This document shows, piece by piece, positions 42,001 through 50,202 of a stretch of DNA of 64,000 nucleotides. Under the pieces are notes generated by a model. The model made no database searches, had not been told where the DNA came from, and saw only the letters and a list, made by a program, of their open reading frames with translations. The first letter of the stretch is position 1. Each line of letters opens with the position of its first letter. This DNA is from a candidate division WOR-3 bacterium. GTDB taxonomy: Bacteria > Hydrothermota > 32-111. The translations under genes were made by a program, and so were the position numbers. The stretch spans positions 864,001-928,000 of the forward strand of contig JBDRZU010000001.1 of NCBI GenBank assembly GCA_039804105.1, read 5' to 3'.

Positions 42001-45000
42001 TATTTTTATTGCTGGTCTTTTTATTGATATCAAACCATCCGATACATCTTTTGTTAAAGAATCTGCTGTGCTTGTTACTCTAAATTTTATTGAATCGGAA
42101 ACAACAAGAGAAGGTATCGTCCATCTATAATATCCATTATTTGTGGTTGAGGAAATAATTGTATTCCATGTATTCCCGTTGTTTGTAGAGTATTCAATCT
42201 TTACATTCGAAACATTTCCATTATTTTTCCAGTGGATAGGTAAAATATCACCTGAAACAAAACTTTCTCCTCCATTGGGAGAAAGTATCGTTAGAGTTGG
42301 TGATACTATTGAAAAATTGTTATCAGAAACATCATGAGTGTTTCCATCAGTTGTACTTGTTATTCTGATTTTCACATTTGAAGAGACAATAGAAGGAACT
42401 GTCCAGTTGAATACACCATCGTTTGGATCAGAGGGATCGATTGAAATCCAGTTTATTCCATCAGTGGAATATTCTATCATAACATTTGCAAAAGTTCCCT
42501 GGCTCCTCCATCTGATCGGGTAAACTTCACCACCAACCAAATTCTCTCCTCCATTAGGAGATATTATAGATATTGTAGGAGAAACTATCGAAAAAACTCC
42601 ATTGGAAACATCAAAAGTGTTTGTTGGATCCTGATTGTTTGAAACTCTAAAAAGAACATTTGAACTGACTGCTGTTGAAGGAACAGCCCATATAAAAGAA
42701 CCATCGTTCAAAGTATCAGAATTAATAATCTTGTTCCAAGTGGATCCTCCATCAGTTGAGTATTCAAGTTTTACATAAGAAAAACTACCTATCCAGTTCC
42801 ATTCAATTGGTAAATATTCTCCTGCAATTATAGTTTCTCCGCCATTTGGTGAAACAAGCGTAATTTGTGCCGGTATAATTGAAAATTGTGAGCTTACAGC
42901 ATAATTAGAAGGATCGGAAACATCTGAAACTTTTATTAAAACATTTGAACTTATTGTCGAAGGTATTGTCCAATAATAAGAACCTTCATTTACAGTTGAA
43001 TTAACTATGATATTCCATGTAGAGCCATTATCAGTCGAATATTCTATTTTAACATTTGAGATTTCTCCATTATTGATCCATACAATTTGATATACATTTC
43101 CCACTAAAAGTGAATCGTTTGATTTTGGTGATTTAACTGTTATTGTTGGTTTTGAAATTGAGAATTTTTTTGAAACAGCATAGGAATTCAATGTATCAGA
43201 CAAATTTAAAACTTTTATGAAGCAATCATTTGAATTTAAGTTCGGGATGGTCCAGATATAAGTTCCAGTATTTGAAGTACTATTAGTAATAACATTCCAT
43301 GTCAAACCATTATCTGATGAATATTCAATTTTTACATTAGGAAAACTTGCATCATAGGTATAATTTATTGAAACTTTTTCTCCAGACAGAAGTGAAACAC
43401 CTGAATCTGGAGATATAATTTTTATAGAGGGTGAAGAAATTGTAAATGTGTTATCAGAAATATCAAAAGAATTGTTATCAGAACTATTTCTTACCCTTAT
43501 CCTGTAATTTGTTGAAGGAGTCAAATTTGAAGGTATATTCCAGACATACGAACCATCGTTTGTTTCAGATAAAACTATCGAGTTCCATGTTGTTCCACCA
43601 TCAGAAGAATAATCTATATTCACAGATGCAAAATCACTGTTACTATTCCATAAAACAGGATATTTCTCTCCTGTTTTAAATTCCTCTCCACCATTTGGAG
43701 ATAGAAGGTTTATCTGGGGTGATTTTACAACAAAAGTTGTATCACTGATATCATAAGAAGTCACATCTGAAGAATTTGTGATTTTCAAACGATAATTTGA
43801 AGATGGTGTTGATGGAACAGTCCAGACATAACTTCCATCATTTGGAGTGTTTGCTACAATAGTGTTCCATGTTGTACCATTATTGGTTGAATATTCAATG
43901 TTAACATTTGAAATGGTTCCCTCTGTTTGCCATACAATTGGATACTTGTTTGAAGCTATCAGTGTATCATTTCCATTTATTTTGACTATTTTTATCTCTG
44001 GTTTCTTTATGGTGAAAGAAAAATTGGATATATCATAAACCGAAGAATTTGCAGCGTCAGAGATTTTTATGAGGCATTGAGATGACGGTGTTAGAGGAAC
44101 AGTCCAGACAAAAGAACCATCATTTGGATCTGAGGCATCGATTGTCGACCAGCTTGAACCATTATTGGTAGAATATTCTATCTTTACATTAGCAAAAGAT
44201 CCACTCCAATTCCAGTTTATAGGATATTTTTCCCCAACAATCAACTGTTCACCACCATTTGGATAAGTTATATCTATCTGTGCTGTTACTATACTTGATT
44301 GTGAATTTGAAATATCATAGCAGTTCACATCGTTAACATTTGTTATTCGTATCAAAAGATTGTTTGTTGAAATATTCGGAACAGTCCACAGATAACTCCC
44401 ATCACAAGCAGTAGAAGTTGTTATAGAGTTCCAGTTCATTCCACCATCAGAAGAGTATTCCAATTTAACGTTTGCTATAGATCCTTCCCAATCCCAACTT
44501 ATGTTCGCTTTTGTACCTGCAACGAAAGTCTCTCCTCCATTTGGTGTTAAAAGTGTAAGGGAAGTTGAAAGTATTGAAAAAGGATAATCGGATATATCAT
44601 AAACAGCAGGATTTGAAACATTAGTAATCTTTAACAAACATTTTGATGATGGATTTATGGAAGGAATCAACCAGTTATGACTTCCATCATTTGTGGTTGA
44701 TGTAGTTATACTGTTCCAAATGTTTCCAGAATCAGCAGAATATTCAAGTTTAACACTTGTAAAAGATCCACTCCAAAGCCAATATATCGGATAATATTTA
44801 CCCGTAATGTATTGTTCTCCACCATTTGGAGTGATCAATGTTAAACTATTGTTGGCTATGGTAAAAGTGTTTTCTGTTATTGCAAAAGAGTTTGGATCAG
44901 TAGTGTTTGTTATCCTTATTTTACACTGTGTTGATGGAAAGTTTGGAACACTCCAAATATATTCTCCATCGTTTGGAGTAGAACTCGTAATAACTGTCCA

Positions 45001-45471
45001 GTTTGTTCCTCCATCAGTTGTGTATTCAAGTTTTACATTTGAAAAAACACCTGTCCAATCCCAATGAATCGGATAATTTTCCCCAATAATAAGAATATCA
45101 TTTTGGACTGGTTTTTTAATAAATATCTCAGGTCTTGATATTACAAAAAAAGTATCACTAACATCAAAGTCGTTTGGATCAGATGGATTTGAAATTCTTA
45201 TTTTACATGTAAGGGAAGGATTATTCGGAACTGTCCAGAGGTAATCTCCATCGTTTTGTGTTGCACTGTATATCAAAACCCAATTTGTCCCACCATCGAT
45301 TGAATATTCCAATCTTGCTGATGTCGCGCTACCAGTAATATCCCAATGTATAGGCATCTGATTACCAACTATATAATTTTCATTCCCGTTTGGAGTTCTT
45401 AAATTAAAGGATGCTGAAAAAATTGATATTGAGAACAAAAATAAAAATATAAATAGGAATATTTTTTTCAT
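36064..45471 (-). CDS. Giant secreted surface protein: ~32 tandem ~95-aa Ig-like repeats plus T9SS-like C-terminal domain (start moved from 45522 to 45471)
   Basis: GAGGAGGT SD before ATG 45471; signal peptide; repeat consensus P-NGGE...G...I-x-W...V-x-(I/L)EYS-x-DGG-x-TW...G-x-Y-x-W-x-(V/I)P...F-x-I; tail IFDLTGR...GIYFIKV...KMLNLR. Confidence 0.88.
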   Translation of the reverse strand: MKKIFLFIFLFLFSISIFSASFNLRTPNGNENYIVGNQMPIHWDITGSATSARLEYSIDGGTNWVLIYSATQNDGDYLWTVPNNPSLTCKIRISNPSDPNDFDVSDTFFVISRPEIFIKKPVQNDILIIGENYPIHWDWTGVFSNVKLEYTTDGGTNWTVITSSTPNDGEYIWSVPNFPSTQCKIRITNTTDPNSFAITENTFTIANNSLTLITPNGGEQYITGKYYPIYWLWSGSFTSVKLEYSADSGNIWNSITTSTTNDGSHNWLIPSINPSSKCLLKITNVSNPAVYDISDYPFSILSTSLTLLTPNGGETFVAGTKANISWDWEGSIANVKLEYSSDGGMNWNSITTSTACDGSYLWTVPNISTNNLLIRITNVNDVNCYDISNSQSSIVTAQIDITYPNGGEQLIVGEKYPINWNWSGSFANVKIEYSTNNGSSWSTIDASDPNDGSFVWTVPLTPSSQCLIKISDAANSSVYDISNFSFTIKKPEIKIVKINGNDTLIASNKYPIVWQTEGTISNVNIEYSTNNGTTWNTIVANTPNDGSYVWTVPSTPSSNYRLKITNSSDVTSYDISDTTFVVKSPQINLLSPNGGEEFKTGEKYPVLWNSNSDFASVNIDYSSDGGTTWNSIVLSETNDGSYVWNIPSNLTPSTNYRIRVRNSSDNNSFDISDNTFTISSPSIKIISPDSGVSLLSGEKVSINYTYDASFPNVKIEYSSDNGLTWNVITNSTSNTGTYIWTIPNLNSNDCFIKVLNLSDTLNSYAVSKKFSISKPTITVKSPKSNDSLLVGNVYQIVWINNGEISNVKIEYSTDNGSTWNIIVNSTVNEGSYYWTIPSTISSNVLIKVSDVSDPSNYAVSSQFSIIPAQITLVSPNGGETIIAGEYLPIEWNWIGSFSYVKLEYSTDGGSTWNKIINSDTLNDGSFIWAVPSTAVSSNVLFRVSNNQDPTNTFDVSNGVFSIVSPTISIISPNGGENLVGGEVYPIRWRSQGTFANVMIEYSTDGINWISIDPSDPNDGVFNWTVPSIVSSNVKIRITSTTDGNTHDVSDNNFSIVSPTLTILSPNGGESFVSGDILPIHWKNNGNVSNVKIEYSTNNGNTWNTIISSTTNNGYYRWTIPSLVVSDSIKFRVTSTADSLTKDVSDGLISIKRPAIKILTPNGSENLTVGEYTPIHWENDGQFLNVKIEYSTDGGTVWKTISSSETNDGNYIWKVPNDVSNNCIIRVTNTSDNLSYDISDNTFSILKPSVSIFNPDSAAVLIVGNKYPIYWNWTGTVDSVIIELYYKVSGIVQSTFISTATLNTGSFIFTVPNYVSDSCWIKVTSTANDSVYSLSKVFSIVRPIYDIVQPNGGESFYRGEKLEINWDWIGGPDSVSLFYSLDGGLNYSLIKSIKNTGSYLWSMPTYLFNTYKVKVMSTRDNYAFDESDNNFSAKNPVLVINQPVSGDVIYYNNYFPVYTTQRGFLPNDSLLIQIYSAKKGTINLGTFAVNPNEIFLFKDTFSDTLDTIEVIILNKSTNDTFDISDKITVLPVDTIDTIIFPNQNDTMYVSELYYVIWNMRATDPKDKVKLNYSTDGINFFEYGTKNADTTFFPFYIPKNASSNNFIIRLDFYDSLNVFKKSLSVSNLLVKKPLLDLVYPDNTDTLYVGRTHNIIWRTVKGYVDSFQLYYNTDGITWKEIKNLVSDTFSYSWTIPNEPTSNAVIRVEKYGDNQVTAYSQSFVIKPQEIFITSPLSNDTFVSGRDYHISWYNFGRVDSVNIYYSIDGGSNWTFVAKQGNSNSYKWTVPNYSSNKALVKVEFTRNSNVFDISDTFTIIPQNLLVTYPDSSTIWYAGNKYYITWDYTGNFSNVKITYSLDNGKNWNVITNSTANSQNYLWTLPQIYSDSVIVKVANTDDTTKFDVSSMFRIIPQQITVKYPFLSESLISGKQYNITWVYKGLFDTSIVEYSTNNGVNWNTLGKTLTSNRYYIWTTPNVKSDSTLIRIVNKDNTSILGVSELFTISDKIITISSPKLNDEYIVGEKALITFDFLGSSNDSVIISYSTDGGTIWTQIDTIPSSAQYLEWTVPNVISSNCYIKITCLRLTSSTAISERFSIVPQTINVMSPLSSSEWITGRKYYITWNYTGSFSNVDLEYSTNGGSTWQTIATTTNSKYYLWTLPNISSSNSLVRVKNSSNTSVFGVSPIFTMKYPSITVVSPNLSDTLLCGKYYYITWYSNMGSGDSVVISYSKNGGITYTIIDTISATQKYFKWKVPEIGSTNCLVKITGYESPIIEGYSQQFVIKDQSINITYPNINDTIISLSPFYITWDYTGGLDTLVGEYSLDNGSNWTTFSNSIVASNQNYLFNPFPISNSLQTLIRLKNKANVLVQGVSNQIVALYPEIGITSFKPNSSFIVGSKIFITWKNNGLIDKVNIYYSIDNGTSWNLIVSSYTNSGYYEWTIPNYISDSCFVKVSYTSLESVYDVSERFSIIPQTIFLFSPSFNDSLMVSKTYPITWYNTGTVDNVMLEYSLDGGSIWNTITGSTVNNKYYEWTLSTTLSSTLNGLIRVSNVGNLNVFDLSDNFRIIPQKLEITYPTLNSQFFVSRKYIITWKTVGTISTVNLYYSLDNGANWISLASNLTNNGYYEWTVPDVNSNLVLLRITNSNNEAVYDDSEVFSIVPQLVLVNSPTSTDRWIVGRKYFITWTNIGTISKVRIEYSYNDGANWNMVVDNLSNTNSYEWAIPNTPSENCFVKVSNYDNTSVYGTSSKFSIPLQTIEVLSPKMTDEYVSGNKYFITWKYTGTISNVDIQYSKDNGATWTYVATGVSNTGYYEWIVPTEDSDNCLIKVLNSNNNNVYGISERFTILPQNIIVTSPSSSDTMIAGRKYYITWRNSGAFTNCDIFYSTDLGLQWRSIATGVSNTGYYEWTIPDIAVSDMALIKISNSSQSTIHGISDTFVISKPIVKFTSPVLGNIFETTKKYYFTWTTLGTILQYNLEISYDKGVSWIQIIANQNNSGNYEWTVPSGMYSDSCMLKLTSSSNSSIYYYSDLFSIVSYSNIDNISVLKNKTIKYFNTKLNNSVNEKILFVEIPEDCYSRIEIFDLTGRSVGKVYDGKINSGVHRFELENYLNSKGIYFIKVVSSKDDKTIYEKNVKMLNLR
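36382..45408 (-). repeat. Protein-level tandem repeat array (~32 units, diverged at DNA level)
   Basis: Manual count of W...YS-x-(D/N)-x-G-x-x-W...W units in the translation. Confidence 0.85.
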
Positions 45472-45518
45472 CGAGACCTCCTCTCCGAGAATAATTTTAT
45501 CCATCAACTTATTAATAG

Positions 45519-45986
45519 TCAAGAGATTTGAACAAATTCAGTTGTGACAGGCTTTGGCCCTTTAATTGATAAAAATATAGCATATTCATCCGAAATATTC
45601 TCAAAATTGTGAACAACACCTTTTGAAGCGTAAGCCATATCTCCTTTTTGTAGTATTTGAAATTTTCCATCAATATAAAATTTAATTTTTCCTTTTAATA
45701 CAAAAAAGAATTCATCATTTTCAGGATGTTTATGCAATGGGGCTTTTGAACCAACAGGCATATTGTATATGAAGGGAGACAAAATTTCCAAACCATCAAA
45801 GAAAGGATTTATTTCGAGTTTATCAGAGTATGAAACCTTTTCACCATAAAACATAAAGATTTTTGCTGAATCCTCTTTTTCGATATTTAAAAATTTTTCT
45901 TTTGGAGATTCACAGTTAGGACATTTTTCTGGAGGATTATCTCCTTTATGGATATACCCACAAACTGAACATTTAAAAATTTTCAT
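45519..45986 (-). CDS. Rubredoxin-like domain fused to a cupin domain (start moved to 45986)
   Basis: AAGGAG SD; CSVCGYIH...PEKCPNC; cupin motifs LHKHPENDEFFFVLKG and GVVHNFEN. Confidence 0.82.
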   Translation of the reverse strand: MKIFKCSVCGYIHKGDNPPEKCPNCESPKEKFLNIEKEDSAKIFMFYGEKVSYSDKLEINPFFDGLEILSPFIYNMPVGSKAPLHKHPENDEFFFVLKGKIKFYIDGKFQILQKGDMAYASKGVVHNFENISDEYAIFLSIKGPKPVTTEFVQIS

Positions 45987-45999
45987 AAAATACTCCTTT

Positions 46000-46374
46000 T
46001 TATAAAAAGAAAGACAAACTACTAATAGGAACAAAATAAGCGAAAAGTGCCCCAAGTACAATACCCGTCAAACACCCTAAACATGCCTCAGGAGGCATAC
46101 CCTCTAACTCGTTCATAAGATCTGATACACCACCTACAACATACAGTATTCCCATTAATCCAAGACCTATACATACTGCTGTAACACACCATGATGGTGG
46201 TTCCGAATTTTGATCAAAACCTGTTATACTTTGATTTAATATAATTCCACTAGATATGAATGCACTTAACACTTTTTGTTTATGTGATATTTTTCTTGTT
46301 TTGAAAACAACACCTCCAAAACAGATGTTGAAAATCAGTATAAATATTAACAAAGTGGAAACTACCTTCTTCAT
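46000..46374 (-). CDS. Small secreted/membrane hypothetical protein with Cys/Gly-rich hydrophobic helices (start moved to 46374)
   Basis: GGAG before ATG 46374; signal peptide; segments CVTAVCIGLGLMG and CLGCLTGIVLG. Confidence 0.6.
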   Translation of the reverse strand: MKKVVSTLLIFILIFNICFGGVVFKTRKISHKQKVLSAFISSGIILNQSITGFDQNSEPPSWCVTAVCIGLGLMGILYVVGGVSDLMNELEGMPPEACLGCLTGIVLGALFAYFVPISSLSFFL

Positions 46375-46386
46375 AAAAAACTCCAA

Positions 46387-46620
46387 TCAAATCTGAAAAG
46401 CGTAAACTATCATAGCTCCCACAATAAATCCAGCAAAACAGGAGAGAGTAAAACATTCGATTCCGCCTTCATCCTGCATTTTTGAAAATGCATTCGTATA
46501 GTGTTTGTTAAAATTGTTATTCTGATTGAACAATTCAAATTTTGGTAAAAATTTTGAACAAGAAACAAAACCTGAAAAGAGGATGAAAAATAAAATTGAA
46601 TAAATGAGAAAATTTTTCAT
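46387..46620 (-). CDS. Small putative lipoprotein with C-terminal Gly-zipper-like helix
   Basis: AAGGAGG SD; FVSC lipobox-like sequence; CFTLSCFAGFIVGAMIVY; ATGA overlap with the upstream gene. Confidence 0.6.
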   Translation of the reverse strand: MKNFLIYSILFFILFSGFVSCSKFLPKFELFNQNNNFNKHYTNAFSKMQDEGGIECFTLSCFAGFIVGAMIVYAFQI

Positions 46621-47894
46621 TTTTCCTCCTTTATTTTTTCTTCCAACATTTTAAATACAACATAATTTCCTCTTTCGTTTATATGTGTATTATTTTTTCT
46701 GTACAGTTCTTCCCCATTTTCATAACATATTTTAAAAGTATCAACAAGTGAGAAAAATTTTAAATCATATTTTTTCAGAATTCTCTCGATTTTTCTATCA
46801 GCAAAATCCCATTCTTTGTATTGTTTCGAGGCATATTCCACCAGTTTTTTCTGAAGAACTTTATCCACAGCAAATTGATCTGGAACAATCAAAAAATAAA
46901 CTTTCTTTTTTCTCTGTGCGAAAAATTTTGATATATATTCTATATTCTTTTCAAAAAATCTCCATTCCTTTTCATAAGAATTTTCAATCAAAATTTTTGA
47001 TCTTCGATTTTCAATTTTAATAAAATCTTCTTCGGATAGGTCTCCAGATATATTTTTTAATTGTAAAAATGTTAAAAAATTTTTAATCAGGTTCACACTT
47101 TTTAAGTTATTTATCGAATAGTTGTTTTCAGGATAGTAAACCTCTGTGATATCATTACCAGCGAATATTATTATGAAAGTCATGTCAGGAGATGTTTTAT
47201 CAAAATGATCAACAAGAATCTCATAGTAATCTTTTGGTGAATTACCAGGTTGGGAAAGGTTTACAACTTCAAATCCGAGTGAATCCTCAAACATTTTAAT
47301 GAAATTATTCTTATAATCTACAACTCCAACACCAAAAGAATCTCCAATAAAAAGAACTCTCTTTTTTGTTTTCGGTTTATCAAATTCTGTTCCTAAAAAT
47401 CCGTACCTATTTACTCTTTCATTGTTGAAATAGGTGTTTGGCTTGAGTTTTAAAATTTCATCTTTTTTTTTCAAAATATCTATTGGTTTAAAAAAATAAA
47501 AAAGGTTTAAAACTATTTCAAGTGAAAAAAATAGTACAACAATATTGGTATATACAAGTTTTAGATTTTCTGGTATTTTTAAACTTATAAAATATCTTTT
47601 AAAAAAGTGAATTGTTAAATAAAAAAATCTGTTCAAAGTGATTATGAGGATTTCAGGGAAAAGATGTGTTCTAAAAAATATTGAAGTGAAAAAAAATGAT
47701 ATAGGAAATGAAAATAAAAAAATTTTGAAATTGATTGGAAAAAAAAGAATAGCGATTGAAGAAATGTAAAACCCAATTATGGTATAAATATATGGTAGAA
47801 AATATTTTTTTTCAAAAAAGATTGTAGCAAGAAAGATTGTAACAAGAACATAAATTTTAAAAATTTTTTCAACTTTTATTGTTTTATGTTTCAC
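46617..47894 (-). CDS. Membrane-anchored SGNH/GDSL-family hydrolase or O-acetyltransferase-like protein
   Basis: N-terminal TM segments; FIGDSF, NLSQPG, AGND and THINERG blocks; GTG start. Confidence 0.8.
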   Translation of the reverse strand: MKHKTIKVEKIFKIYVLVTIFLATIFFEKKYFLPYIYTIIGFYISSIAILFFPINFKIFLFSFPISFFFTSIFFRTHLFPEILIITLNRFFYLTIHFFKRYFISLKIPENLKLVYTNIVVLFFSLEIVLNLFYFFKPIDILKKKDEILKLKPNTYFNNERVNRYGFLGTEFDKPKTKKRVLFIGDSFGVGVVDYKNNFIKMFEDSLGFEVVNLSQPGNSPKDYYEILVDHFDKTSPDMTFIIIFAGNDITEVYYPENNYSINNLKSVNLIKNFLTFLQLKNISGDLSEEDFIKIENRRSKILIENSYEKEWRFFEKNIEYISKFFAQRKKKVYFLIVPDQFAVDKVLQKKLVEYASKQYKEWDFADRKIERILKKYDLKFFSLVDTFKICYENGEELYRKNNTHINERGNYVVFKMLEEKIKEEK

Positions 47895-47900
47895 ATAACA

Positions 47901-47928
47901 ATTTTATTAAGAAATAACAAAATGTCAA
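47901..47928 (-). promoter_or_regulatory. Sigma70-type promoter, probably leaderless SGNH transcript
   Basis: TTGACA(47928-47923)-16 nt-TAAAAT(47906-47901); GTG 6 nt downstream with no SD. Confidence 0.6.
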
Positions 47929-49190
47929 TCTACCAATTCGTTTAACCTCTTAACCGCACAAAACTCTCCACACATTGAGCATACATCACTATCCTCAACT
48001 CTGGATCTCTTTCTATAATCTTTAAATTTTTTTTCATCTATAGAAAATTTTGACATTTTTTCCCAATTGAGTTTTTTTCGTGCTTTTGACATTTGAGTAT
48101 TTATCTCAAGAGCATACTTTCTTCCAAGAGCAAGATCAGCAGAAAATGCGGCAATTTTTGACGCAATAACTCCTTCTCTAACATCTTCAACATCGGGAAG
48201 TTTTAAATGTTCTGCGGGAGTGACATAACATAAGAAATCAGCCCCAAAATATGCTGCAAGAGTCCCACCTATTGCACCTGCGATATGATCATATCCTGCT
48301 GAAATATCGTTTACGAGAGGTCCAAGAACATAAAATGGTGCATTATGTGTAACCCTTTTCATTATTTCAATATTTGACTGTATATGTTGTAAATATAGAT
48401 GTCCTGGTCCTTCGACCATAACCTGAACTTTTTTTTCTCTCGCTCTGTCAACAAGTTCTCCCAGGATTAAAAGTTCTTCGATCTGTCCCCTATCTGTGCC
48501 ATCCTCACATGCTCCTGGTCTTAAGCCATCACCAAGAGATATTGTAACATTGTATTCTTTTAATATATCAAGGATTTCATCATAATACTGATAAAGGGGA
48601 GATTCTTTTCTATTATATTTCATCCATGCGATTAAAAATGAACCTCCTCTTGAAACCACATCCATTATCCTTTTCTCTTTAAAAATTCTTTCCATAGAAG
48701 ATAAAGTGACTCCCGAGTGTATCGTCATAAAATCAACACCATCTTTTGCTTGTTCTTCAACAGTTTTCAAAAAATCATCAATATTCATTTCAACTATATC
48801 CTTTTTTTTCAGAGAAAGTTCAAATCCAGTTTCATATATTGGTACAGTTCCAACCATAACAGGACAAAGTTCAAGAATTTTTTTCCTGATGATCTTAATT
48901 TTTTTACCCAACGATAGATCCATCACCGAATGAGCACCATACTCAACAGCAATTTTCATTTTTTTTATTTCTTCATCAACATTTATATGCATAGGAGATG
49001 AACCAATATTTGCATTTATCTTTTTCGATAGACCTTTTCCGATAGCATAATACTTTTTCTTTTTCCTTTTTATATTATCTGGAAGAACTATTGTTCCATT
49101 TTTAATTCCTTCAATTATTATGGATTCATCAACCGCATCATTCTTCGCAGCATCTTTTAAGGCTTCTTTGCGAAAAACCATACTTTTCAT
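47925..49190 (-). CDS. thiC: Phosphomethylpyrimidine synthase ThiC (start moved to 49190)
   Basis: KINANIG, MDLS, GTVPIY, VSRGGS, EGPGH, YVTPAEHL and CSMCGEFC motifs; AAGGAG SD. Confidence 0.97.
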   Translation of the reverse strand: MKSMVFRKEALKDAAKNDAVDESIIIEGIKNGTIVLPDNIKRKKKKYYAIGKGLSKKINANIGSSPMHINVDEEIKKMKIAVEYGAHSVMDLSLGKKIKIIRKKILELCPVMVGTVPIYETGFELSLKKKDIVEMNIDDFLKTVEEQAKDGVDFMTIHSGVTLSSMERIFKEKRIMDVVSRGGSFLIAWMKYNRKESPLYQYYDEILDILKEYNVTISLGDGLRPGACEDGTDRGQIEELLILGELVDRAREKKVQVMVEGPGHLYLQHIQSNIEIMKRVTHNAPFYVLGPLVNDISAGYDHIAGAIGGTLAAYFGADFLCYVTPAEHLKLPDVEDVREGVIASKIAAFSADLALGRKYALEINTQMSKARKKLNWEKMSKFSIDEKKFKDYRKRSRVEDSDVCSMCGEFCAVKRLNELVD

Positions 49191-50202
49191 AATAACTCCT
49201 TTCAAGATCCAACAACTCTTTTATCCTTTTTGAGGGATTATCATTTTCATTTATGTATGAAAGAACAGCAAAATTTTTGAAACCAAGATTCAAAACTTCA
49301 ATAAGATTATGGGGTTTTATCCCACCTATTCCTACAGATGGAACATTAGAAATTTTTAGCATTTTTTTTGCTTTATTTAACCCCAACACCTTGTCCTTTA
49401 TTATTTTTGAATTTGTTGGATAAATTGGCCCGATTCCAACATAGTCAGGATTTTCTTTTATCGCTTGTTTAAGTTGTGATAAATTATGTGTTGATTTCCC
49501 AACGATAATGTACTCAGAAAATTTTCTAATATTATCAACGGTTATATCAGTTTGACCAACATGCACACCATCAGCATCTGAAAGTATTGCAATATCAACT
49601 CTATCATCAACTATGAATAAGGTTTCACTTCCTTTTGTTATACTTCTTATATTTTTTGCAACATTCAAAATTTTTTTATCTGTAAGTTTTTTATCTCTAA
49701 GTTGTATCATTTTGATTTTGTTTTTTACAGCAATTTCACTCAACTTTTCATAACCTACAACAGGATCAGTCATGACCAAATACAAACCGAAATTTTGAGG
49801 AAAAACTTTTTTTAACAAACTTCTCACGATGTCCTTTTCAATCCTGTAAAGGTTGAACCTGATCTCTTTAAACTCTCTTGAAATTTTTAAATCTTTGATT
49901 TTAAAAATCTCTTCAAGAACTCTTGATGACTCCTGACATCTCCCGATAGATGCCCTTATGATATCTCCAAAATCTTTTCTCTCATTTTTATCATAATCAT
50001 AGAACTTCCCAGGATCAGTTTCTGTATCGCGTTTAAAAATAGTGTTAGGAGATATTTTTTTTCTTAAAATGTATAACTTTTCCCTTTGTTTTCTGATTAT
50101 TATCAAAACATTTTCATCCTTTCTTTCAAACCTAACAAAATCCTCTATCACCCTTAAACCTTCAGATAATCTGTTTAAATTAACATCTATTATCCTTTCC
50201 GT
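49138..50202 (-). CDS. thiE: Thiamine-phosphate synthase with N-terminal ThiD2-like domain; frame extends to an ACG at 50202
   Basis: QLRDK, DDRVD...ADGVHVGQTD, STH, DYVGIGPIYPT-x-SK and GIGGI motifs. Conserved RIIDVNLNRLSEGLRVIED lies mostly upstream of the ORF-track GTG start at 50151. Confidence 0.9.
   Translation of the reverse strand, partial: TERIIDVNLNRLSEGLRVIEDFVRFERKDENVLIIIRKQREKLYILRKKISPNTIFKRDTETDPGKFYDYDKNERKDFGDIIRASIGRCQESSRVLEEIFKIKDLKISREFKEIRFNLYRIEKDIVRSLLKKVFPQNFGLYLVMTDPVVGYEKLSEIAVKNKIKMIQLRDKKLTDKKILNVAKNIRSITKGSETLFIVDDRVDIAILSDADGVHVGQTDITVDNIRKFSEYIIVGKSTHNLSQLKQAIKENPDYVGIGPIYPTNSKIIKDKVLGLNKAKKMLKISNVPSVGIGGIKPHNLIEVLNLGFKNFAVLSYINENDNPSKRIKELLDLERSYYEKYGFSQRSLKRCCEE

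Noticed and set aside
36382..45408. Sialidase/BNR beta-propeller glycosidase
   Set aside because: Asp-box-like motifs occur about once per ~95-aa Ig-like unit rather than at propeller-blade spacing, and no catalytic motifs are seen.
49138..49190. 53-nt thiE/thiC overlap as a frameshift or fusion
   Set aside because: thiC has its own AAGGAG SD and ATG, and both proteins look complete; a simple C-terminal extension of ThiE explains it.
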